Shown one piece after another: positions 52,964 to 64,000 of a stretch of 64,000 nt of DNA. The stretch is from positions 15,378,001 through 15,442,000 of the forward strand of contig CM075988.1 of NCBI GenBank assembly GCA_038087875.1. Reading direction: 5' to 3'. Origin of the DNA: Malacoraja senta (lineage: Eukaryota). The translations under genes and the position numbers were made by a program. Numbering within the stretch: the first letter of the stretch is position 1; the number at the start of each line of letters is the position of its first letter. The notes below the pieces were generated by a model that had not been told where the DNA came from, did not search any database, and saw nothing but the letters and a program-made list of their open reading frames with translations.

Positions 52964-53130
52964 AACTTCCTCAGTGCCACCGTTTTCGGGTCGGAAGGAC
53001 CAAGTGACCGTGGTCCGTTTCCCGACAGGATGGGTGGATTGAAAGGTGCACTTCAGCCGGTACTCCGTGCCGTTTCGAGCCTCGACATTCCCACCTGTGT
53101 AGACCTGAACCCCAGCAACATTGCCAATAC
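52964..53130 (-). CDS. MPZL2: MPZL2 exon 2, first half of the IgV domain
   Basis: 167 nt, GTGCAG|GT...GTT|GTGAGT; encodes IGNVAGVQVYTGGNVEARNGTEYRLKCTFQSTHPVGKRTTVTWSFRPENGGTEEV, similar to MPZL2 VEIYT...EAVNGTDARLKCTFSS...VTWNFRPLDGGPEQF. Confidence 0.94.
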
Positions 53131-55791
53131 CTGCACAGGAAACAAATCACTGCCCTCATCACCATTCAGCAAGGTTAGCAAATGCTCGCTGCGTATAAGG
53201 TCACTATTGAAACAGGGTGAGGGTTACTGATTGTGCAACTGCACAGAGCCTGTGTGCCCAACAATTACATAACTGTTAACGTACTGTGTGAATATTAACT
53301 TTACTGAACTTTGCACAGAAACATGGCTCAAATCTCGACTGCCGTCAATACTTCCTTGACATTTTTAGACACAGGCATATCATTTATGCAGAAGTAACCA
53401 TTTTGCTACACAGGGTACATTGGGCATTTCTTCAAAGGACATGATGCTTCCCCCATTTAGCAGGTGCTACACAGCTGGAAGGAGTCTCCCTCAGTCTATC
53501 TCCAAATATAGCCCATAGCCCAGTCAAAAACCCCATCACGCAACTAACCACAGGCAGTATTTGGAAAGATAATAAAGTCCCCTGTTCTGACTTATTTCTG
53601 CTCTCCCACATTGCTTTCTCCTACTCTTTAATTCCCACTTCTAAAAACTGCATGAAAGCAAATATTCTGACAGAATAACGTTCTATTCCAAGACACACTA
53701 AAGTTGGTGGTATTGTTGGTTGTGAAGATGCTTGTCAAAAATTGCAGCAGGGTCTTGATCGGTTGGCAGGCGGGCTGAGGAATGGTTGAGGGGTGTTTAA
53801 TACAGAGAAGTGCAAGGTGTAGGTATATGGAACGAGCTGCCGAAGAAGGTAGTTGAGGCAGGTACTGTCACAAAGTTTTAAAAAGCTTTTAGACTGGTAT
53901 ATAGATCGGATAGGATTAGAGGAATATGGGCCAAACGCAAGCAGGTGGGACTAGTGTAGCTGGGGCATGTTGGTTGCCATGGGCAACTTGGGCTGTTTCG
54001 GCACTGTATGACTCTCTGCAAGAATCAAGTGTTTAATTGTCATATGTACCAAAGCAGAACAATTAAATTCTTATAAAATTCCTCATTGTAGGGCCCATAA
54101 ACAGCAGTGAGACCATCAGCAGACCATGTGCCATTGTGATATTGACTGGCCAAGACAGTGGGGAAATTTCCTCGCACGGCTTCAAGTGCAGAGAGAGCAG
54201 CCAGGGCCTTGGTCCAAACCCAGCATCATCCCCTTGACTTCATCTACCAACAGGCAAGACCCCAGTTTGCAAGCTGCTCCCTGAACTGAGACTTATCCAG
54301 ACTAACTGCTGTTGATACACAAACTATTAATGAGAGATGGAAAGACTGTGATGAATAACTCATTGCAACTCCTCCACCAAACAAAAGCACACATGTTAAA
54401 CAGGACTAGGGTACAGCGCTGGCAGTGATTCGATGAACATGATAGAAACAAAAAGCTAGAGTAACTCAGCGGGACAGACAACATCTCTGGAGAGAAGGAA
54501 GGAATGATGTTTCAGGTCAAGATCCTTCTTCAGAACATGAGTTGGCAGACTGGCCTCTCTCCTCCTAAACAATTCAGGTTGGGTAATAAATATTTCCCCC
54601 CCAACGACACTGCCCAGATCTCAAGAATGTGAAAAATAAGTCTGAATGTGAAAACAGTTAAATTTAACATAGCAGCCCAATTTATTTCAACTTTGTCTCG
54701 CAAAACTTTTCTTTTTGTCCCAAGAACTATCAAGTCAAATCCAAGTGAATCATGGAAGTATAATATTCAGCATTGTGGTGTTTTTAGTTTAGATTAGTTT
54801 AGTTTAGAGATACAGCGCGGAAACAGGTCCTTTGGTCCACTGAGTCCGCGCCGACCAGCGATCCCCGCACATTAACACCACCCCACACACACTAGGGACA
54901 ATTTACAATTTTACCAAAGCCAATTAACCTACAACCTGTACGTCTTTGGAGTGTGGGAGGACACCGGAGATCCTGGAAAAAACCCACGCAGGTTATGGGG
55001 AGAATGAACAAACTCCGTACAGCCAACACCCGTAGTCAGGATCGAACCCGGGTCTCTGGCACTGTAAGGCAGCAACTCTACTGCTACACCACCATGCTGC
55101 AGAACAGATGCAGGGGCACTCTGATTACAACCCATCAATGCTCATCGCTAACACTCAGTGTTAGTGCTGGAAATGGGCTTGGAAACTAAACTGATTGGAA
55201 TGAATCAGGTGTGTTAATCAATTGCAAACTACAAATAAACAGTATCTACCAGTACTTTCGCCAATATAAATATCAGCACCACAAACTTGCAATGTTTCAA
55301 GGTCATTTCATGTGCATCTCAAATCCAGACAATATCCTTTAAACCAAACACTGAGAATGGCATGTCTGCCTGAGGTTCGGTTTCATGGAATCATCCTGTA
55401 CCAAAGGTGGCATCGTAGAACTGCTGCCTCACAGCACCAGCAACCCCGGTTCGATCCTGCCTTCCAATGTTGTCTGTGTGGAGTTTGCATGTTCTCCCCG
55501 TGACCACGTGCAAACTCCACACAGGCACCACTCCATCCGCCTTCATCAAAAAAGCATGCGGGTTGGTGTGCGAATTGGCCACTGTAAATTGCCATTAGTG
55601 TGTGGTTGAGGGGTAGATTATGGGAGGATTTGCTGGGAAAGTGGGAAGGGCAAAATAGGATTAGTATAAATGAGTGCTCGCTGATCAGCCATGGACTCAG
55701 TGGGTCGAAGAGCCCGTTCTGTGCAGCATGAAACCATTTGGTCCATATTACACATGCCAAATATTCAGAAAAAATCATCCATTTAATATCG

Positions 55792-56520
55792 GCAGCAAAA
55801 AGCTGGAGAAACTCAGCGGGTGAGGCAGCATCTATTGAACAAAGGAATGGGTGACGTTTCGGACCGAGACCCTTCTTCAGACTGATGTGGGGGGGGGGGG
55901 GGAGAAGAAGAAGAGGCGGAGACAGTAGGTTGTGGGAGAGATGGGAATGGGAGGGGAAGGAGGGAGAAAGGAAGGACTACCTGAAATTGGAGAAGTCAAT
56001 GTTCATACTGCTGGGGTGTAAACTACCCAAGCGAAATATGAGGTGCTGCTCCTCCAATTTGCGGTGGGACTGACTCTGGCTATGGAGGAGGCCCAGGACA
56101 GAAAGGTCAGATTCGGAATGGGAAGGGGAGTTGAAGTGCTGAGCCACCGGGAGATCAGGTTGGTTAATGCAAACTGAGCGGAATTGTTGGGCAAACCGAT
56201 CGCTTGGTCTCACCGATGTAGAGCAGTCGACACCTAGAACAGTGGATGCAATAGATGAGGTTGAAGGAGGTGCAGGTGAACCTCAGCCACACCTGGAAAG
56301 ACTGCTTGGGTCCTTGGATGGAGTCAAGGGGGGAGGTAAAGTGACAAGAGTAGCATTTCCTGCAGTTGCAAGGGAAAGTACCCGGAGAGGGGGTGGTTTG
56401 GGTGGGAAGGGACGAATTGACCGAGGAGTTACAGAGGGAGCGGTCTCTGTGGAAAGCCGAAAGGGGAGGAGATGGGAATATGTGGCCAGTGGTGGGATCC
56501 CGTTGGAGGTGGCGAAAATG
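55792..56520 (-). mobile_element. Penelope-like (Neptune-type) retroelement 3' fragment: Cys-rich linker, GIY-YIG endonuclease and terminal repeat
   Basis: GTFPCNCRKCYSC linker, then CTSFNLIYCIHCSRCRLLYIGETK, then after a frameshift PVAQHFN...EQHLIFRLGSLHPSSMN; followed by a terminal repeat with a hammerhead core. Confidence 0.9.
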
Positions 56521-57997
56521 TCATTGTGGTGAGATCTCCAATGATGATGAAATCCAACTCACTTGTTCAAACTACATGTCTTCTTTTGTGAATCTGCAGA
56601 TTTCTTGGAATGATTCTTGTACGGGGAGCGGGGTACTGATTGGGGATGATCAACCATGACCACATTGAATGGTGGTGCTGGCTCGAAGGGCCGAATGGCC
56701 TATTCCTGCACCTATTGTCTATTGTCCTCCATCACTTATCACAATATTTTCCAGTTTCCTCTTTTGAACCACCCAATTTTCCTCATCAATGACGGATCCT
56801 TCATCCCCAACCCTCAACAGCATGACTACCAGACCCGTGTCGCTCCAATCGATTCCCACTTCTTCCTGAAGTGGATTTTCTTCCATAACCCAAGGATTCC
56901 AAATGCCTTAATATTAACTGCAGTTCTTCACTAAAACGCATCGCATTCACCGATCATGTTATTTAGCAGTGATCAACTGGATCAAAGAGTCATTGTGATT
57001 TGACACGATTTTTTTCCCCTGGAACTCCCCAATTTACACTTGACTATATGGTTCTCCCGCAACCCTGCTCCTCTAAACCACACTCTGCAGTATTGTTCTC
57101 AAATAAACAATACAAAGTGCTGGAGTAAATCAGCAGGTCAGGCAGAATCCCTGGGGAACATGGAGAGGTGACGTTTTTGGTTTCTATATATTGTTCTCAT
57201 TTAGTTGTATTCCAACCAACCAGTTGTACCCAAGCCATTTCCATTGATGGCCAATCTCCTAGCACCTTCAGTCTGTTATCTAGGACTCACTAACACAAGA
57301 TGTGATTGATGTTCAATTTAATCTCAATCTTCAATTCAATGAACCTATTCAATTCATAGGTTCCAACTTAATAGGGTTTAATTAAACGTGAGAAACAAAT
57401 ACAAAAGATTTGCTGATAGGGCAACTCCACCCCTGATGTTACTCTGCTCTTGCCGTAAATTCGATGTAATTGCTATTAGTTCTACATTATTGTTTGTTAG
57501 TTCCTTACCTCAATAATTTGTTTCTCCTCCCTCTTTTTCCCCAAAATGTGTTTTCAACACTTACAAAACCAAGTGAAATCCTGAAAGTCAATCCCGAGCA
57601 ATAGGCACTGTTAACAACCGATTACACAACATGGTCCCTCACAAGGCTCTTCATGTGTTCAAGCCTTCATGTGTTCATCCCAATGCCTTTACAATATTTA
57701 ACTTTGCAGTTTATAAAGACAGGTGGACAAAAGTTTTATCAGCAGATGTTTACCTGTAAATTTAACCACCACATTTGTGATTCCTGACTTCAATCCTGTA
57801 GATTCATTGAAAGGGAATGTTAACACGGCAACCATGCCTCATTGATAAAGTTCTCATCTCAGAGTTGGAAGGTTATGTGTTCAAGTCTCACTCAATAGGT
57901 TTGAACACTTTGACGTGATACTGGGGGAGTGTTGCACTAAAGAGCAGTCCTCTGCATGACCCCCGAAACAGATCTTCTTCTCAGATAGATGCAAAGG

Positions 57998-60900
57998 GAC
58001 TCAAATAGAGAAAGCTTGTAGACAGTGTGTGAGGCAGGAGGCAGAGAAGGGAAGCACTCAGACCCAACAGGTAGGGGGGAAAGAAGAAAAAAATATAAAC
58101 AGAGAATAAGAGGTGGTGGGTTTCTTAAATGTGTGAGCAGAGAGACAGAAGGGTGTAAAATGAGGGTAGAAGCAATAGGTAACAAGGTGAAAAGTAAACG
58201 TGGCAGGCAGACAAATCCAGGGCAAAAAATCAAAAAGGGCCACTTTTCAACATAATTGTATGAGGGGTAAAAGCGTTGTAAAAACAAGCCTGAAGGCTTT
58301 GTGTCTCAATGCAAGGAGTATTCGTAATAAGGTGGATGAGTTGAATGTGCAGATAGCTATTAATGATTATGATATGGTTGGGATCACGGAGACATGGCTC
58401 CAGGGTGACCAAGGCTGGGAGCTGAACATCCAGGGATATTCAATATTCAGGAGGGATAGACAGAAAGGAAAAGGAGGTGGGGTAGCGTTGCTGGTTAGAG
58501 AGCAGATTAACACAATGGAAAGGAAGGATATTAGCTTGGAGGATGTGGAATCGATATGGGTAAAGCTGCGAAACACTAAGGGGCAGAAAACGCTAGTGGG
58601 TGTTGTGTACAGGCCACCTAACAGTAGTAGTGGAGTTGGGGATGTCATCAAACAGGAAATTAGAAATGCGTGCAACAAAGGTAAAACAGTTATAATGGGT
58701 GACTTCAATCTACATATAGATTGGGTGAATCAAATTGGCAGGGGTGCTGAGGAAGAGGATTTCTTGGAATGTATGCGGGATAGTTTTCTAAACCAACATG
58801 TAGAGGAACCAACGAGAGAGCAGGCTATTCTAGACTGGGTATGGAGTAATGAGGAAGGGTTAGTTAGCAGTCTTGTTGTGCGTGGCCCCTTGGGCAAGAG
58901 TGACCATAATATGGTTGAGTTCTTCATTAGGATGGAGAGTGACATTGTTAATTCAGAAACAAGGGTTCTGAACTTAAAGAAAGGTAACTTTGAGGGTATG
59001 AAACGTGAATTGGCCAAGATTGACTGGCAATTGATTCTTAAAGGGTTGACGGTGGATATGCAATGGAAGGCATTTAAAGACTGCATGGACGAACTACAAA
59101 AATTGTTCATCCCAGTTTGGCAAAGGAATAAATCAGGGAAGGTAGTGCATCCGTGGATAACAAGGGAAATCAGGGATAGTATCAAAACAAAAGATGAAGC
59201 GTACAAATTAGCCAGAAAAAGCAGCCTACCAGAGGACTGGGAGAAATTCAGAGTCCAGCAGAGGAGGACAAAGGGCTTAATTAGGAAAGGGAAAATAGAT
59301 TATGAAAGAAAACTGGCAGGGAACATAAAAACTGACTGCAAAAGGTTTTTATAGATATGTGAAGAGAAAGAGATTAGTTAAAACAAATGTAGGTCCCTTG
59401 CAGTCAGAAACAGGTGAATTGATCATGGGGAACAAGGACATGGCAGACCAATTAAATAACTACTTTGGTTCTGTCTTCACTAAGGAAGACATAAATAATC
59501 TGCCGGAAATAGCAGGGGACCGTGGGTCAAATGAGATAGAGGAACTGAGTGAAATCCAGGTTAGCCGGGAAGTGGTGTTAGGTAAATTGAATGGATTAAA
59601 GGCCGATAAATCCCCAGGGCCAGATAGGCTGCATCCCAGAGTACTTAAGGAAGTAGCCCCAGATGTAGTGGATGCATTACTGATAATTTTTCAAAACTCC
59701 TTAGATTCTGGAGTTGTTCCTGAGGATTGGAGGGTAGCTAATGTAACCCTCCTTTTTAAAAAGGGAGGGAGAGAGAAAACGGGGAATTACAGACCAGTTA
59801 GTCTAACATCGGTAGTGGGGAAACTGTTAGAGTCAGTTATTAAAGATGGGATAGCAGCACATTTGGAAAGTGGTGAAATCATTGGACAAAGTCAGCATGG
59901 ATCTACGAAAGGTAAATCATGTCTGACGAATCTTATAGAATGTTTCGAGGATGTAACTAGTAGAGTGGATAAGGGAGAACCAGTGGATGTGTTATATCTG
60001 GACTTTCAGAAGGCTTTCGACAAGGTCCCACATAAGAGATTAGTATACAAACTTAAAGCACACGGTATTGGGGGTTCAGTATTGATGTGGATAGAGAACT
60101 GGCTGGCAAACAGGAAGCAAAGAGTAGGAGTAAACGGGTCCTTTTCAGAATGGCAGGCAGTGACTAGTGGGGTACCGCAAGGCTCAGTGCTGGGACCCCA
60201 GCTATTTACAATATATATTAATGATTTGGACGAGGGAATTGAATGCAACATCTCCAAGTTTGCGGATGACACAAAGCTGGGTGGCAGTGTTAGCTGTGAG
60301 GAGGATGCTAGGAGGCTGCAAGGTGACTTGGATAGGCTGGGTGAGTGGGCAAATGCATGGCAGATGCAGTATAATGTGGATAAATGTGAGGTTATCCACT
60401 TTGGTGGCAAAAACAGGAAAGTAGACTATTATCTAAATGGTGGCCGATTAGGAAAAGGGGAGATGCAACGAGACCTGGGTGTCATGGTACACCAGTCATT
60501 GAAAGTAGGCATGCAGGTGCAGCAGGCAGTGAAGAAAGCGAATGGTATGTTAGCATTCATAGCAAAAGGATGAGTATAGGAGCAGGGAGGTTCTACTGCA
60601 GTTGTACAGGGTCTTGGTGAGACCACACCTGGAGTATTGCGTACAGTTTTGGTCTCCAAATCTGAGGAAAGACATTCTTGCCATAGAGGGAGTACAGAGA
60701 AGGTTCACCAGATTGATTCCTGGGATGTCAGGACTTTCATATGAAGAAAGACTGGATAGACTCGGCTTGTACTCGCTAGAATTTAGAAGATTGAGGGGAT
60801 CTTATAGAAACTTACAAAATTCTTAAGGGGTTGGACAGGCTAGATGCAGGAAGATTGTTCCCGATGTTGGGGGAAGTCCAGGACAAGGGGTCACAGTTTA

Positions 60901-61179
60901 AGGATTAAGGGGAAATCCTTTAGGACCGAGATGAGAAAAACATTTTTCACACAGAGAGTGGTGAATCTCTGGAACTCTCTGCCACAGAAGGTAGTTGAGG
61001 CCAGTTCATTGGCTATATTTAAGAGGGAGTTAGATGTGGCCCTTGTGGCTAAAGGGATCAGGGGGTATGGAGAGAAGGCAGGTACAGGATACTGAGTTGG
61101 ATGATCAGCCATGATCATATTGAATGGCGGTGCAGGCTCGAAGGGCCTACTCCTGCACCTATTTTCTATGTTTCTATGT
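57998..61179 (+). mobile_element. CR1 LINE with near-complete ORF2 (AP endonuclease + RT), frameshifted
   Basis: EN motifs NARS, ITETW, GDFN, LD and SDH; RT motifs QGSVLGP and FADD; frameshifts near 59350, 60571, 60797 and 60870; TTTCTATG tail. Confidence 0.96.
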
Positions 61180-62196
61180 AAAGGATCTTATTGCATAATT
61201 TTGAAGAATGTGCAAGATTTTCTCCCTGTTCTTTTGTCCAATATTGATTTCACAATCAACATCACTATAACAGATTACTCAATATTTAAGTGCTGATGAC
61301 TTGCAGAGCTTGCTGTACTTGCAACGCTATTCAAGAAAACAAGAAAAGACAAGTTATCATGCTCGCAAGCTATAACTAGTAGGATGACTCAGGGATCAGT
61401 GCCAAGGCTTCAACTCTTTACATTCTGCAAATTAAATGCAACGGACAATAGTAAAGAATTCAAGTTTCCAAAAGGACAAAGGTTGGTGTTCATGAGGACT
61501 CAGATTCTGCCATGGAATTAAGTGGGTAGACTTTTGTCAAAAGCGTATAACGTGTGGAGACAGGAGGTTACCCTCATGATAGGAAGAAAAGAAAGCAAGA
61601 GATTTTTTTTAATGATTTGACATTGTTATGAGTTGTAAGTAAAATACATTTGGGGACAGAAGAAAGAGTAGCAACTAACTATTAAGGTTAGTAACTAACA
61701 AACAAAAATTTGAAACTAATGACATTTACATTAACTATATAGCTCAGCAATGACAGAGCTATATAGGGTGTTCAGAACAAACTGGATTTCCATGTGTAAA
61801 TAACAACACTTAGAATGCAGGAACAGAAGGCAGCTCAGAAGGCAAATAGATGTTGGCCTTGACAGCACAAATTGAGTATCAAAGTATTGTTAAACTGCAT
61901 GGGGCTTTAGTGAGTCTTTGAATCAAGCATTAGAAGGGGAAATCATGGATTCACTGAATTAATTCCTGGACAGAGTGAGTTGTTCCACGGGGAAAGATTG
62001 AGCAGAATCGGCCTAAACTCTTAAGTTTAAGAATGACCAGTGTTCTCTTAAAAACATTCAAATCGCACAGAGGGACAGGCAAGTTGGCTACTGTGAGGTT
62101 GCTTCTCCTACTTTGAGTGGGGGTTGGGAGTAAGATTTCAGGATCTTAGAATAAGATACAGTTTCAGGATAAGGAACCAGTCACTTAAGACTAATG

Positions 62197-63685
62197 CAGG
62201 CTGCCAACTCTCACGCTTTGAGCGTGAGAGTCACGCATTTCAGCCAATTCTCACGCCCTTACGCTGATGACAGAATTCTCACGTTGTCTTCAATCCCTGC
62301 ACAGCAAAGATCCTATAGCAGAGCTATACTACCTTTGCTGCAGTTTGTCTCTTTGCGCTACATGACAGCGATCTGTGCTGTCTGGAGAAGCGCGTCGGCC
62401 TCCCCGTGTGTCTCCTTGTGTGTGTCTCCTTGTGTGTGTGTGTGTGTGTGTGTGTCTCTGTGTCTCCCTGTGTGTGTGTCTCCCCGGGTGTGTGTCTGTC
62501 TCCCTGTGTGTGTGTGTCTGTCTCCTTGTGTGTGTGTGTGCGTCTCCCTGTGTGTGTGTGTGTCTCCCTGTGTGTGTGTCTCCCCGTGTGTGTGTCTGTC
62601 TGTCTCCCTGTGTGTGTGTGTGTGTCTGTCTCCTTGTGTGTGTGTGTGTGCGTCTCCCTGTGTGTGTGTGTCTCCCCGTGTGTGTGTCTGTCTGTCTCCC
62701 CGTGTGTGTGTCTGTCTGTCTCCCTGTGTGTGTGTGTCTCTCTCTTCCTTTGTGTATGTGTCTCCCTCTGTGTCTGTTGTCACATCCTGGCCTTAGACAG
62801 GGCTGCCAACTCTCACGATTTGAGTGTGAGAGTCACGCATTTCAACCAATTCTCACGCTGATGACAGAATTCTCACGCTGTCTTCAGTCCCTGCACAGTT
62901 TGTCTCTTTGCGCCACATCACAGCGATCTGTGCAGTCTGGGGAAGTGCGTCAGTTGGTGTCTGTGACTGACGTCGCGTCTCTTCTTTCTTGGTTGGATGT
63001 GCAGCTGCTGACAACATGAAGCAGCCGGAGATAGAACTAACCAGGTGAATCAGTTGTAAATCATGGGGGGGACCACAATGAGGCCAAACATCCAGGACAG
63101 GGTTCGGCAACCTACGGCACATGGGCCAAATTCGTTTTTGCGGGATCGGGGCAGGCGAGCCGACCTGAGAACTGCAGTCAGTCCCTGGAACGCGAGCTGA
63201 TCTGGGAACGGCAGCCAGTCCCTGTGCATGCAGAATGCCACCTTGATCATTATGGACAAATTGGGCCAGCCATGTACATGTTGTATAACTCTGACTCTAT
63301 GCATATCTGAATGGGCTTAGAATGACCATTTAAGCAAAATTGCCCCCACTTTCCCCATTTTGATTCTTGAGATTAATATCCCTTTGCTCTGTTAACAGCG
63401 TTAAAGTACTTATGAGGTTGAGTCAGGAAAGGGAACATGTTATTTTTTTTTAGTTTGCGTTAATTTGTTAGTTGATTGTTTGTTGACTACCATAATTTCT
63501 GAAATGGTCTTAAAGTAACTTAACTGTTAAAAAGCAGAAATGTGATTTTTGTCCAAACAATTGGAACTTGCATAAAATATTTGCATTATTAGCAGGGCTG
63601 CCAACTCTCACGCATTGAGCGTGAGACTCACGCATTTCCCAAAATTCTCACGCTCTCACGCTGATCACAAAATTTCTCACGCTCA
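62197..63685 (+). mobile_element. Cluster of hAT-like left ends (CAGGGCTGCCAACTCTCACG at 62197, 62798 and 63593) with an embedded TG-rich repeat
   Basis: Three same-orientation termini with repeated TCTCACGC subterminal motifs. A different hAT-like end (CAGGGCTGTCAAAC) starts at 63827. Confidence 0.65.
62403..62776. repeat. Compound (TG)n/TCTCCC microsatellite
   Basis: Read directly from the sequence. Confidence 0.95.
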
Positions 63686-64000
63686 AAAATCTGCAGGTGC
63701 TGGAAGTTCAAAATAAAGCAAAAATTGTTTTAGAGGTGAGTAAAAACCATGAGAGGAATATAAGGTGAATGCATAGTCTTTTTCCCAGGATATGCGATTC
63801 AAGTACTAGAGGGGATTGGTTTAAAGCAGGGCTGTCAAACTACCAGCCCGCCGGATGATTTTGGGGGAAAAAAACATTTTGTTTCTCCCATGCAGATGGT
63901 GTGATAGGTGAAACACGGCGGCGGTGGTCCCAGCACCAACCCCCCTCCCCCTTCCCCCCTGAGGCATGGCACACACGTCCCACCCTCACCTCCGGCGGCT

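Noticed and set aside
62194..63019. Cys/Val-rich and Thr/His-rich ORFs
   Set aside because: Translations of the (TG)n microsatellite.

Overview
Repeat-rich vertebrate genomic DNA, most likely a cartilaginous fish (skate/ray), inferred from HER1-like CR1 LINEs, HE1-like V-SINEs, Deu-domain SINEs and abundant Penelope-like elements (PLEs). There are two 200-N scaffold gaps. Three host genes lie on the minus strand: coding exon 1 of OAF (2541-2816), MPZL3 (exons 2-6, 37625->17924) and MPZL2 (exons 2-5, 53130->47796). The signal-peptide exon 1 of the two MPZL genes was not found. The rest is mostly transposons: CR1, L1, Tx1, Rex1/Babar, a Gypsy fragment, a Neptune-like PLE, and Harbinger- and hAT-type MITEs. 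The main oddities are: (1) about 20 tiny PLE-derived insertions, many with long TSDs and a minimal hammerhead-ribozyme core; (2) an L1 flanked by a ~927-bp direct duplication; (3) an MPZL3 transmembrane exon with paired compensating indels that create an in-frame TGA; (4) a GC-rich retroposon family with a covarying 3' stem-loop; (5) a perfect 63-bp inverted repeat around unassigned sequence; (6) a 33-bp MITE whose empty site is visible nearby. All identifications are from reading the sequence and recalled family knowledge; no searches were run.
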